A stretch of 64,000 bases of DNA from Candidatus Woesearchaeota archaeon (GTDB taxonomy: Archaea; Nanobdellota; Nanobdellia; Woesearchaeales; SKIA01): positions 12,175 through 76,174 of the forward strand of contig JBJKRI010000004.1 in assembly GCA_046704725.1 (NCBI GenBank). The letters run 5' to 3'. Shown piece after piece: positions 9,498-18,912 of the stretch (position 1 is the stretch's first letter; each line of letters begins with the position of its first letter). Position numbers and translations under genes: made by a program. Under the pieces are notes generated by a model. That model saw nothing but the letters and a program-made list of their open reading frames with translations, was not told where the DNA came from and searched no databases.

Positions 9498-9681
9498 GGG
9501 TGTGGAGGAGGGGAATTGAACCCCTCTTTTCACTCTGCTTTTGTGGTACGTGATCCGGATGGCGAGTACGCACTACTCCCCGCGCCACAGGTAGGCGACA
9601 GCCCTCCACAGACAGGTCGCAGAGTGTCCTGGACGCGTTTTCGTTTCCTCAGTTGAGGAGCGTATCGCTCTTCCCCAACCC
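9498..9681 (-). ncRNA. Candidate structured RNA with a tRNA-like acceptor stem and T arm
   Basis: GTGGAGG (9609-9603) pairs with CCTCCAC-A (9508-9501) directly after AGGGG-TTCAATT-CCCCT; further stems; upstream TATA-like box at about 9713-9721; T-run after 9498. Confidence 0.5.
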
Positions 9682-9867
9682 GTTTCCACTGAAAGTGTTT
9701 CAGTGACGGTTGTATATCTAACTTTTCGGGAAATATCGCGGGCGTGTGGGCATGGCGATTATGGATATGCATATGTGTTCCGTACGGGTTTAGAAGGACC
9801 GTCCCGAAGCGGTGATTGCTTTTTTACTGGGTATGTATATAAACCGAAAGGCTTCCCGTCACCTGAC

Positions 9868-9942
9868 GGCCCTGTAGCTCAGCCTGGATAGAGCGTCCGG
9901 CTTCGGACCGGAAGGTCGGGGGTTCGAATCCTCCCGGGGTCA
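9868..9942 (+). tRNA. tRNA-Arg(TCG)
   Basis: Cloverleaf GGCCCTG..., D arm GCTCAGCCTGGATAGAGC, anticodon loop CTTCGGA, T loop TTCGAAT; CCA not encoded. Confidence 0.96.
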
Positions 9943-10053
9943 TTCTGAATCCTAGACTGTTTCATCTGTTGTGTATGAAATCGGCATATACGACGTGGGT
10001 CTGGTAAATTCTGAGTGATTTTGATGTGCCGCGAGGTGATTGCTGTGAAGCGA

Positions 10054-10308
10054 TCATATTGAATGCACGAAATATGCAATTACCCAAAGAACTGCCCAGA
10101 CGACACCTCCAACTCCCATCATTTGAAGGCTGCCTCCTATGCCAAATAGAATGCCGACAATGAGCGCTAGGTAACCGAAGAAGATGAAGTACGTGTTTGG
10201 TTGGGGCCAGAGCATATGTGTTATGCCTGTGGCCACTAACGCTACGACAATAGCCACTGCAATGGCTCCAATGACCGTCCAGAGTGATTGTGCCTTTCTT
10301 GTCAACAT
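10054..10308 (-). CDS. Small membrane protein with class III signal-peptide-like N-terminus
   Basis: MLTRKA/QS followed by a hydrophobic helix and further TM segments; low GC. Confidence 0.6.
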   Translation of the reverse strand: MLTRKAQSLWTVIGAIAVAIVVALVATGITHMLWPQPNTYFIFFGYLALIVGILFGIGGSLQMMGVGGVVWAVLWVIAYFVHSI

Positions 10309-10392
10309 GAATCTTGAAATTGCTCTGTCTGTATTAAAGGATCCGTCTACGTGACCAGTGCTTCATTTATAAGAGCAAAATATTGATTGCGC

Positions 10393-11307
10393 CTATACCT
10401 TATAGAACCAGCCTTTCACTCCATTCGGGTATGGAAGCATATTGTACGGTTCGGTCGTTTCGATAAAATATTTTGCGCTTCCCGTGTTCACATAGACTAT
10501 CATGTGATTCACTGTCTGAGGATCAGTTGGGTTGTTTGCATCCAAGTATACAAGTTCGATGTCCCATCCCGTATTTGCAGCTTTAAGCATGCTCGCCAGC
10601 AGTATTGAAGTGTCTTTACAGTCTCCTCCTCCAGACAACAGTGTCTCCAAAGGATATTTTGGTTTCTCCGTGAACACTGCGGAGTATGTATCCAGTTCGG
10701 TCACTATGTGCCACACATCATGTATAAACTCCTCGTCGCTTGTCCGGTTCAAATATAGGCTGCGCATGACGGTACTGAAGGGAGCTGGATTAACAAAATC
10801 CATCATGTTCTGCACGCGATACGTTTGTCCATTACCTTGCAACAGGAGATATCGCATTCCACTGTTCCGTTTAATGTATCCCTCTCGAAGACTGTTATCA
10901 AGAGAAGAAAACGGTGTCGTCCACGAAATTAGATTGCCTTTATCGTCTTTGAACGCCAACAGCACAGTCTGATTGTGAATTGATATATACGGTGGCGTTA
11001 ATGCTTCCCATTGTAGTTCTGTGTAATTAGATGTCAGCGATATATACCTGTATTCAAGATTGGAGTAGTTGCTCGCGAGCATCTGGTACTCCTGCTGTGA
11101 CGCTTGTAAAGAATTTTGGAGGTTTGTGATCTGCTTGTTTTGTGATGCTAGCTGAGAATTTGACTGTTTTACCAAGTCTGTTGTATGAGTTCTCTCTTTG
11201 CTGATTTCTGTGAGAGACCAGATGACCATCCCTAAAAGAATGAGGATGACTATGACTGCTGTCCACAGCGCAAGACGATACCCTGTAAAAGACCGCCCCC
11301 TTGCCAT
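10393..11307 (-). CDS. Membrane-anchored transglutaminase-like cysteine protease
   Basis: N-terminal TM, coiled coil, then YPLETL..GGDCKDTSILLASML, NH, IETT (Cys-His-acid triad). Confidence 0.82.
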   Translation of the reverse strand: MARGRSFTGYRLALWTAVIVILILLGMVIWSLTEISKERTHTTDLVKQSNSQLASQNKQITNLQNSLQASQQEYQMLASNYSNLEYRYISLTSNYTELQWEALTPPYISIHNQTVLLAFKDDKGNLISWTTPFSSLDNSLREGYIKRNSGMRYLLLQGNGQTYRVQNMMDFVNPAPFSTVMRSLYLNRTSDEEFIHDVWHIVTELDTYSAVFTEKPKYPLETLLSGGGDCKDTSILLASMLKAANTGWDIELVYLDANNPTDPQTVNHMIVYVNTGSAKYFIETTEPYNMLPYPNGVKGWFYKV

Positions 11308-11344
11308 TCCCAAATCTTGATTGGAGAGCTAATAAATGCTTTCT

Positions 11345-11857
11345 CTATTCTTTCGGCTCAGAATTCTCGCCCTTCTCCTTTCGCATCAAGGCGTAGATGC
11401 GGTGTTCCACCGCGTCGCTGTCAGGCACACTCTCCAATACCAACGCTTTCTGGTCGCCGTGCGAGGTGTGCAGTATCAGGTCCGAAGCCCCGGTCATCCG
11501 GTCCCACACCGAGGAGTCGTTCTCCACCTTGGTTATGGATCGGTACGGCAGTGAATGCCGTTTCACGGTGATGAAGCGTCTTTCCCGAACGACGTGAGAC
11601 GTGTAGAACGAGTACCGTGTATTGTGCAGTCCGATCAGGCGGTGCTTGACCATGACGAAACCGCCGAGGAAGCCGACGACGATCACGGAAATCAACAACG
11701 CCGGATGATACACCGACACCATGCCCAATTGCTCAAGCCCGATGAAGATGAAATACACAATGGCAGCAGCGATGCCGAAGCGCCAGAACCAGCGCGCATA
11801 ATGCGGCACAAGGGCGTTCAATAAGGCGGGCTTTATCACGAACTGCGGTTTTTCCAC
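11345..11857 (-). CDS. Membrane protein with bacterial PH (bPH_2-like) domain
   Basis: Two TMs then TRYSFY..HV...RFI...SLPYRSIT.V....WDRMTG.SDLIL.T pattern. Confidence 0.75.
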   Translation of the reverse strand: MEKPQFVIKPALLNALVPHYARWFWRFGIAAAIVYFIFIGLEQLGMVSVYHPALLISVIVVGFLGGFVMVKHRLIGLHNTRYSFYTSHVVRERRFITVKRHSLPYRSITKVENDSSVWDRMTGASDLILHTSHGDQKALVLESVPDSDAVEHRIYALMRKEKGENSEPKE

Positions 11858-11946
11858 GGCAGAAACCCGTAGTGCGGGTATTTATGCGTTCTGCCCGAGC
11901 GCCATCGAGCGAAACGCATATAATGTGTCGCCGCGCCGGTCCGTTG

Positions 11947-13041
11947 ATGCAACCCAACGGACTCACCTATGACGAGCTCGTCAAGCAGCACACGGAGATA
12001 CTCAAGGAGCTGCAGTACAAGAGCGGTCTTTTCGCGGCCAGCAGCAAGGACGTGGGAACAGGCTACGACAAGAGCTGGCTTCGGGACAACTTCTACGAAT
12101 GCCTCGCCTTCGAGGTCATCGACGACTGGGACACCGTCGCCAAGACCTACGACGCGCTCCTCAAGGTCTTCGAGAAGCACGAGAAGAAGATCGACTGGGC
12201 GATCGAGCACAAGCCCCAGGATCAGTTCCAGTACATCCACGCCCGCATCCATCCAGAGACCTTCGAGGAGTTCTGGGAGGAGTGGGGCAACAAGCAGAAC
12301 GACGCGGTGGGAGCCATCCTGTTCCGGATAGGCGAGCTCGAGCGGCACAAGCCGGGTTTCATCATCAAGGACTTCCACCACATGCGCATCACCCAGAAGC
12401 TCGTGGACTATCTGAGCAGCCTGGAGTACTGGCACGACCCGGACAACGGGATCTGGGAGAACGACGAGGAGATACACGCGAGCAGCATCGGCGCGTGCGT
12501 GGCGGGCCTCAAGGCCGTCAACGCGATATCAGGGATCAACGTCGACCCCGAGGTCATCGAGGCGGGGGAATCAATGCTGAATGCCATGCTCCCCAGAGAG
12601 AGCGACAGGAAGTTCGTCGACCTCGCGCTGCTCTCATTGATCTGGCCGTACCACGTAGTGAACAAGGAGCAAGAAGAGGAGATCCTCAAGAACGTCACCT
12701 ACCTGCTGGAACGGGAACGCGGCGTCATCCGGTACAAGAACGACTGGTACTACAACAAGAATCCCGACGGCTACAGCGAGGAGGCGGAATGGACCTTCGG
12801 CCTGGCGTGGCTGGCCATCATCTACGAGCGGCGCGGAGAACAAGAAAAAGCGCAGCACTACATCGACAAGATGCTCGCGACCGTCACAGAGAAAGGCGTT
12901 CCCGAGCTGTACTACAGCCACACGGACAAGCCCAACGAGAACAACCCGCTGGGCTGGAGCGAGAGCCTGTTCATCGTGGCATTGCACGGCATGAACAGGA
13001 AGCTCCTGGCAGGAGAGACCATCCACGAACCGCCCGAATAG
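11947..13041 (+). CDS. Glycoside hydrolase family 15 (glucoamylase/trehalase-like)
   Basis: GYDKSWLRD, QNDAVG, DNGIWE, PELY, PLGWS motifs; start placed at MQPNG. Confidence 0.88.
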   Translation: MQPNGLTYDELVKQHTEILKELQYKSGLFAASSKDVGTGYDKSWLRDNFYECLAFEVIDDWDTVAKTYDALLKVFEKHEKKIDWAIEHKPQDQFQYIHARIHPETFEEFWEEWGNKQNDAVGAILFRIGELERHKPGFIIKDFHHMRITQKLVDYLSSLEYWHDPDNGIWENDEEIHASSIGACVAGLKAVNAISGINVDPEVIEAGESMLNAMLPRESDRKFVDLALLSLIWPYHVVNKEQEEEILKNVTYLLERERGVIRYKNDWYYNKNPDGYSEEAEWTFGLAWLAIIYERRGEQEKAQHYIDKMLATVTEKGVPELYYSHTDKPNENNPLGWSESLFIVALHGMNRKLLAGETIHEPPE

Positions 13042-13093
13042 GATGGACGAAACGTCGCAAAGCTTTATATGCTGACGAGCCGTCGCAGAAGCC

Positions 13094-13645
13094 ATGGTCA
13101 TCGGCTGGGTCATCCTGGGTATCGTCGTCGTCATCGCGCTTGTCATCTGGCTGGTGTACAACAGCTTCATCCGGGTCAAGAACCAGGTGGAGAACAGCTG
13201 GGCGCAGATCGATGTGCAGCTCAAACGACGGACGGACCTGATACCGAACCTCGTCGAGACCGTGAAGGGATACGCCAAGCACGAGAAGACCGTGCTCGAG
13301 GACGTGACCAAGGCGCGCACCGCCCTCATGCAAGCGAAAAGCGTCGGCCAGAAAGCCAAGGCGAGCAACCAATTGACGGACACGCTCAAGAGCCTGTTCG
13401 CGGTGAGCGAGAACTATCCACAGTTGAAAGCGAACGAGAACTTCCTCCAGCTCCAAGAGGAGCTGTCAGGCACAGAGAACAAGATCGCGTACTCACGCCA
13501 GCACTACAACGACATGGTCATGCGCTACAACACCTTGCGAGAGAGCTTCCCCAGCAATATGATCGCGAGCATGTTCAACTTCGGCAAGCGCGACATGTTC
13601 GAGACGCCCGAAGCGGAAAAACAACCCGTGAAGGTCAGCTTCTAG
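13094..13645 (+). CDS. lemA: LemA family protein
   Basis: N-terminal [39 protein letters not shown]. Confidence 0.96.
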   Translation: MVIGWVILGIVVVIALVIWLVYNSFIRVKNQVENSWAQIDVQLKRRTDLIPNLVETVKGYAKHEKTVLEDVTKARTALMQAKSVGQKAKASNQLTDTLKSLFAVSENYPQLKANENFLQLQEELSGTENKIAYSRQHYNDMVMRYNTLRESFPSNMIASMFNFGKRDMFETPEAEKQPVKVSF

Positions 13646-13649
13646 GGGC

Positions 13650-14546
13650 ATGGAAAAACGCGTCAGCTTCGATGAGATCCGCGCGAACAACATCCGCTCG
13701 GGAGTACTCATCTTCTTCTTCCTCTGCATAGCGGCAGGACTGGGGCTCATCCTCGGATTGTTCTGGGGGAGCATCTGGGGCGGCCTGATCACAGCGGTCC
13801 TTGTCGCGATCATCTACAGCATCATCGCCTACCACAACGGCCGCGGCATGATCACAAGCCTCATGCACGCCAAGCCCGCGACGAAAAAAGAATACCCTTA
13901 CCTGGTCAACACCGTGGAAGGGCTCGCGCTCGCCGCGGGAGTGCCCACTCCCAAGATCTACGTGATGAAGGACTCGGCGCGGAACGCTTTTGCGACGGGC
14001 ACAGGACCGAACGACTCGGCCATCGTCGTCACCACAGGATTGCTAGAGGTCATGGACCGCCAAGAGCTCGAAGGCGTCATCGCGCACGAGATGAGCCACA
14101 TCCAGAACTATGACATCAGGACCATGCTCGTCGCGGCCGTCATCGCAGGGGTCATCGTGCTGCTCGCGGACATCCTGCTCCGCAGTTTCCTGTGGGGCGG
14201 CGGGCGACGCGACAACAACAACGGCGGCGGAGTGCTCATCGTCGTCGGGCTCGTGCTCGCCATCCTGTCACCGATCATCGCGCAATTGATCCAGCTCGCC
14301 ATCAGCCGGAAGCGCGAGTTCGCGGCCGACGCCGGAGCGGCGGTCCTCACCAGATACCCGCCAGGGCTTGCCAGCGCGCTCAAGAAGATCGAGAAGGACC
14401 CGGACCCGCTCGTGGACACGGCGAACCGGGCGACAGCGCACCTTTTCATCAGCACGCCGTTCGCGAAGCACAAGGGCTTTTTCACGAACCTGTTCAGCAC
14501 CCACCCGCCCCTCCAGGAGCGCATCAAGCGGCTCGAACAGATGTGA
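13650..14546 (+). CDS. htpX: M48 zinc metalloprotease HtpX
   Basis: NAFATG, HEMSH, SRKREFAAD, STHPP. Confidence 0.96.
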   Translation: MEKRVSFDEIRANNIRSGVLIFFFLCIAAGLGLILGLFWGSIWGGLITAVLVAIIYSIIAYHNGRGMITSLMHAKPATKKEYPYLVNTVEGLALAAGVPTPKIYVMKDSARNAFATGTGPNDSAIVVTTGLLEVMDRQELEGVIAHEMSHIQNYDIRTMLVAAVIAGVIVLLADILLRSFLWGGGRRDNNNGGGVLIVVGLVLAILSPIIAQLIQLAISRKREFAADAGAAVLTRYPPGLASALKKIEKDPDPLVDTANRATAHLFISTPFAKHKGFFTNLFSTHPPLQERIKRLEQM

Positions 14547-14547
14547 G

Positions 14548-14790
14548 CTAGGCGGCCTCGCCGCTCGGATACGGCTCATAGACCTCGACAGAACCGTCCT
14601 TCTCGTGGACGAGGATACGGCCGCCCATGCCGGCGAGATGCCAGGCGTGATGCACGGCATCCTCCTCTGTCAAGAAATACTCCGGCTCCGCCCCTTGCTC
14701 GTCTCCCACGACGAGCCAACGCAGCCCGTCGACAGCCCGCTCCACGTGCATCACTCGTCCCATGAAAGAATGCATGTCGTCTTCACCCAT
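14548..14790 (-). CDS. DUF2188-like small protein
   Basis: HV....W.V.......F.T.E.A...A..LA....ILVHEKDG.V pattern; start uncertain. Confidence 0.6.
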   Translation of the reverse strand: MGEDDMHSFMGRVMHVERAVDGLRWLVVGDEQGAEPEYFLTEEDAVHHAWHLAGMGGRILVHEKDGSVEVYEPYPSGEAA

Positions 14791-14838
14791 AAACCCATCG
14801 GCCAAAGGGCTTAAAAGTCCTCCTCGCCAGAAGAATGC

Positions 14839-16131
14839 GTGGTCAATATCCTCAAGGAGCTCGATGAACACATCCAGGCGTACAGCGAGCCCGCGCAGAG
14901 AGTCCTGAAAGGAGAGATCGCCCACGCCAAGAACGGCAATGACCAAGCGAGCGGGCTGGCCCTCATACGCGTACGTAACTGGATTACCGAGCTGCTCGCG
15001 CAGCAGGACCTCGACGCGAGGATCCGCAAGGAAGCGGGTGCAGCACAGAGCCAGATCAGGTCCCTGCTCGGACGCAACGAACGCAAAGAGCCGTACGACA
15101 AGCATCGCCTGGAGGATGTACGCCTGCTCGTCCGGCTGCTGGAGGATATCGCCAAGCACGAGACGCTCACCCCGGAAAGAGCTGAGCTGTTGCAGAAACT
15201 CGATCTGCTCTTCCACCAACGCGGCCGGGCCGCCACGCGCGAAGCGGAGCTCGCCAAGGCGCTGCTCAAGGTGGAGATCACTTTCGCGAAAGAGCACGAC
15301 CCAAGGCCGCAACAAGAAATGCTCAAGGTCATCGAGAACCGTCTCCTAGGGATGCAAAAGAACACGAACAAGAAAGCGAGAAAGCGCATCGAAACAGCGC
15401 TCAATTGCATCACGCTGCTCGGAGAACTCAAGCATCCAGGAGAGAGCACCGAGCACGACAAGGAACGCATGAACTGCGTGAAGGACATCATCGCCGCGCT
15501 CGACGAGACCCCCGCAAAGAAACGACGACGCGGGTGGCTGCGGCGTTTCATAGCCGGTGGACTGCTGTTCGGTGGCCTGCTCGGATCGCAGGCCGTGCGC
15601 GCCCAACACACCTCGCAACCGCCGGAAGCAGCGCAGGTGCAACAACAGATGAGACAGCCGTTCACGCAAGAGGGCATCGCCACGATCTACGCAGGATTCT
15701 TCCAGGGAAGGACCACGTCGGCCGGGACGCGTTTCGACCAAGGTCGCGTGAGCGCTGCGGTACCGTTGGGCAGCCCGCTCTTCAATAGGGCGCATCCCTA
15801 CAGGCTCCGGATCACGAACCTGGATAACGGCCGGACGATCGTGGCGGACGCTGAGGACAAGGGAGACTTCGGATACCATAAGGAAAAGGGCGATTGGGTC
15901 GAGAACAAGTACGCGACGCAAGACAGCGTGCCGCGTATCGTGGACCTGTCCATGGCCGCAGCCCTCAAGCTCGGTATTATAACGCCAACAGAATTCCGTG
16001 ACGCGGAGAAGGATGGCTTCCGCGTCAATATCCGTCGCTCCGCCCATGTGCGCGTCACGCTGGTCGCTCCTCCGCAGGCGCAGAGCATCGTGAAGGCCGA
16101 GAGCGTGGGCGACCCCGCGCAGGTCCTGTAA
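14839..16131 (+). CDS. RlpA-like lytic transglycosylase (DPBB domain) with long N-terminal helical region and TM/signal segment
   Basis: EGIATIY..FFQGRTT.AGTRFD...SAA, LRITNLDNGRTIV...EDKG, RIVDLSMAAALKLG match the RlpA pattern. Confidence 0.82.
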   Translation: MVNILKELDEHIQAYSEPAQRVLKGEIAHAKNGNDQASGLALIRVRNWITELLAQQDLDARIRKEAGAAQSQIRSLLGRNERKEPYDKHRLEDVRLLVRLLEDIAKHETLTPERAELLQKLDLLFHQRGRAATREAELAKALLKVEITFAKEHDPRPQQEMLKVIENRLLGMQKNTNKKARKRIETALNCITLLGELKHPGESTEHDKERMNCVKDIIAALDETPAKKRRRGWLRRFIAGGLLFGGLLGSQAVRAQHTSQPPEAAQVQQQMRQPFTQEGIATIYAGFFQGRTTSAGTRFDQGRVSAAVPLGSPLFNRAHPYRLRITNLDNGRTIVADAEDKGDFGYHKEKGDWVENKYATQDSVPRIVDLSMAAALKLGIITPTEFRDAEKDGFRVNIRRSAHVRVTLVAPPQAQSIVKAESVGDPAQVL

Positions 16132-16167
16132 CGAACGATTTAAGAACGAGCGGTTCACGGTGAATGG

Positions 16168-16902
16168 GTGGCGGGGATCATCATCACCTTCGAGGGCATC
16201 GACAGGTGCGGGAAGGGGTCGCAGATCAAGCTCCTCAAGGAGCTGCTCGAACGCATGCACGTGACGCACGTCATCTCGCGCGAGCCGGGAGGGACGTCCT
16301 ACGGCGAGGCCGCCAGGCGCATGGCGCAGGACCCCAAGTTCATCCTCCGGCTCAACGAAGCCTACAAGGACCTCGACGTGCCGCACCTGCCGACGAACGA
16401 GGACCTCGAGCCGCACGGAGAGCTCTTCACGTACCTGGTCGCGAGGAGCCTGTTCTACTCCCAACGCGTCATTCCCTTCGTGGCGAAAGGAGGAGTCTTC
16501 ATCGCCGACCGCGGACCGGACAGCAGCACGGCCTACCAAGGCTACGGACTGTTCCAAAACGAGTCGGACGTGGATTTCGTGCGCCGGGCGAACGATTTCG
16601 CCACGCAGAAAGCGCGGATCGCGCGCACCTACCTGCTCGACATCACCGTGGAGGAATCCGAAAGACGCAGCGCGGAGACCGAGTTCGGCGACGGCAAGGA
16701 CCGCATCGAGCTGCGTGAGCGAGAATTCTTCACACGCGTTCGCGACGGCTATCTCTCATTGGCGAAAGACGAGCCGGAGCGCTTTCTCGTGCTGGACGGC
16801 ACGCTGAGCATCGAGGAATTGCACGCGCGGATCAAAGCGGACGTGATCGGATTGCTGCGCGAGGCAGGCATCATCCCGACCGGGCTGGAAGAAGGCATAT
16901 AA
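16168..16902 (+). CDS. tmk: Thymidylate kinase
   Basis: ITFEGIDRCGKGSQ P-loop, REPGG, DR...SSTAYQG. Confidence 0.95.
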   Translation: MAGIIITFEGIDRCGKGSQIKLLKELLERMHVTHVISREPGGTSYGEAARRMAQDPKFILRLNEAYKDLDVPHLPTNEDLEPHGELFTYLVARSLFYSQRVIPFVAKGGVFIADRGPDSSTAYQGYGLFQNESDVDFVRRANDFATQKARIARTYLLDITVEESERRSAETEFGDGKDRIELREREFFTRVRDGYLSLAKDEPERFLVLDGTLSIEELHARIKADVIGLLREAGIIPTGLEEGI

Positions 16903-16955
16903 ATCGGGAGGCATTCGCGCCACCGTCGACCTAAAATCGACGTGAGGTGTTGCAC

Positions 16956-17234
16956 ATGCAGATACGACCGATCGGAGAACGCGTCCTCATCCGGACGATA
17001 CAGCAAGAAGAGCGCACCGCCTCGGGCATCTACCTGCCGGAGAGCGCGCGCGAAGGCAAGAAAGAAGGCATCGTCGAAGCCGTGGGAGAAAAAGACGGCA
17101 AGCCCCTCCCGCTCAAGAAAGGAGAGCGGATCCTGTACGGCGGCTACAGCGCCGACGAGTTCGAGATGGACGGCACGACATTCATCATCCTCGAGTACAA
17201 GGACCTGCTCGCGACCATCGGAGGGACCAAATGA
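16956..17234 (+). CDS. groES: Co-chaperonin GroES
   Basis: [18 protein letters not shown] mobile loop, GIVEAVG; ATG at 16956. Confidence 0.95.
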   Translation: MQIRPIGERVLIRTIQQEERTASGIYLPESAREGKKEGIVEAVGEKDGKPLPLKKGERILYGGYSADEFEMDGTTFIILEYKDLLATIGGTK

Positions 17235-18829
17235 GCAAGCAGATCATGTTCGACGAGGGCGCGCGCCAAGCATTGCAGAAAGGCATCGACAAGGTCGCGA
17301 ACGTCGTGAAAGTCACGCTGGGCCCGAGAGGACGCAACGTCATCCTCGACAAGGAAGCGAGCCCGACGGTGACGAACGACGGAGTCACCATCGCCAAGCA
17401 CATCGAACTGCAGGACGGCTTCGAGAACGTCGGCGCGAAACTCATCAAGGAGGTCGCGAGCAAGACGCAGGACCGCGCGGGAGACGGCACGACAACAGCG
17501 ACGGTTCTCGCGCAGGCCATGATCGCGGAGGGCCTCAAGAACATCACCGCCGGAGCGAACCCCATCGAGGTCAAGCGCGGCATCGAAGAGGCGACCAAGC
17601 ACGTCGTCCTCCAGCTGAAAGAGAAGAGCGTTCCCGTCAAGGACAAGGAACGCATCGAGCAGGTCGCAACAGTCAGCGCCAATAACGACGAGGAGATCGG
17701 CACGCTCATCGCCGAAGCGATGGAGAAGGTCGGCTCGTCCGGCGTCATCACCGTCGAGGAAGCGAAGAGCATGGAGACCTCGCTCGAGGTCGTCGAGGGC
17801 ATGCAGTTCGACAAGGGCTACATGAGCCCGTACATGGCGACCGACCAGGAGAAGATGGAGGCCGTCTACGACGACCCGTACATCCTGGTGACCGACAAGA
17901 AGATCAGCACGATGAAAGAGATCGTGCCCGTCCTTGAACTATCCGCCCAGCAGGGAAAGCCGTTGTACATCATCGCCGACGACGTGGACGGAGAGGCGCT
18001 GACCACGCTGGTCCTCAACATCCTGCGCGGCGCACTCAAGGTCGTCGCCGTGAAGGCGCCGGGCTTCGGCGACGAGCGGAAAGCCTTGCTGCAAGACATC
18101 GCCGTCCTCACGGGCGCGACGGTCATCAGCGAACAGCTCGGCGGAAAGCTCGAGAGCGTGACGGCGCACGACCTCGGACGCGCCGGGCGCGTCAAGAGCA
18201 GCAAGGAGAGCACGGTGATCATCGAGGGCAAGGGCGACGCCAAATCATTGAAGGAACGCATCGGCATGCTCAAGAACCAGATGAAGAGCGAGGAGAAGGA
18301 GTACAAGCGCGACGAGCTGCAAAAGCGCCTGGCCAAGCTCTCCGGCGGTGTCGCGGTCATCAACGTGGGCGCAGCGACGGAGACCGAGCTCAAGGAGAAG
18401 AAGATGCGCATCGACGACGCGCTCCACGCGACGAAGGCCGCCGTGGAGGAAGGAGTCGTTCCCGGAGGGGGCATCACGCTCTTCCGCGCCGCAGCGACCC
18501 TCGAAAAGAAGAAGGGCGAGCGCGGCGTGGGCATCGCGATCGTGCGGAAAGCCTTGGAAGAGCCTCTGAGACAGATCGCGCACAACGCGGGCGTCGAGCC
18601 CGCGGAAGTCGTCGCCAAGCTGCGCGAGCACAAGGACGCGTACGGCTACAACGCACGGACAGGGGTCTATGAGGACCTGTACAAGGCCGGCGTCATAGAC
18701 CCCACGAAGGTCGTTCGCAACGCCTTGCAGAGCGCGTCGAGCATCGCGGCGATGCTCCTCACCACGGAGAGCGTCGTGACGGATTTCGACGACGAGAAGG
18801 ACAAGGGCAGCCCCGCGATCATCATCTGA
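17231..18829 (+). CDS. groEL: Group I chaperonin GroEL
   Basis: [39 protein letters not shown]; no GGM tail. Confidence 0.98.
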   Translation: MSKQIMFDEGARQALQKGIDKVANVVKVTLGPRGRNVILDKEASPTVTNDGVTIAKHIELQDGFENVGAKLIKEVASKTQDRAGDGTTTATVLAQAMIAEGLKNITAGANPIEVKRGIEEATKHVVLQLKEKSVPVKDKERIEQVATVSANNDEEIGTLIAEAMEKVGSSGVITVEEAKSMETSLEVVEGMQFDKGYMSPYMATDQEKMEAVYDDPYILVTDKKISTMKEIVPVLELSAQQGKPLYIIADDVDGEALTTLVLNILRGALKVVAVKAPGFGDERKALLQDIAVLTGATVISEQLGGKLESVTAHDLGRAGRVKSSKESTVIIEGKGDAKSLKERIGMLKNQMKSEEKEYKRDELQKRLAKLSGGVAVINVGAATETELKEKKMRIDDALHATKAAVEEGVVPGGGITLFRAAATLEKKKGERGVGIAIVRKALEEPLRQIAHNAGVEPAEVVAKLREHKDAYGYNARTGVYEDLYKAGVIDPTKVVRNALQSASSIAAMLLTTESVVTDFDDEKDKGSPAIII

Positions 18830-18845
18830 AGCCGAAAGCTCATTT

Positions 18846-18905
18846 TCCATTACATTTCTCCTAAACGCTCCATTCGAGAATAGGTGTTAGGAGATATGTA
18901 TTGGA
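18846..18905. terminator. 19-bp inverted repeat between convergent groEL and proS
   Basis: tccattacatttctcctaa (18846-18864) vs ttaggagatatgtattgga (18887-18905), 17/19 complementary. Confidence 0.55.
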
Positions 18906-18912
18906 TGCGTGT

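Noticed and set aside
9498-9681. RNase P RNA, tmRNA or hammerhead identity for the structured RNA (TGAGGAAA and CTGAGGA...GAAA are present)
   Set aside because: No complementary P4 strands for RNase P; the G3-U70 pairing would leave only a 3-bp T stem and no tag frame is evident; no stem II for a hammerhead
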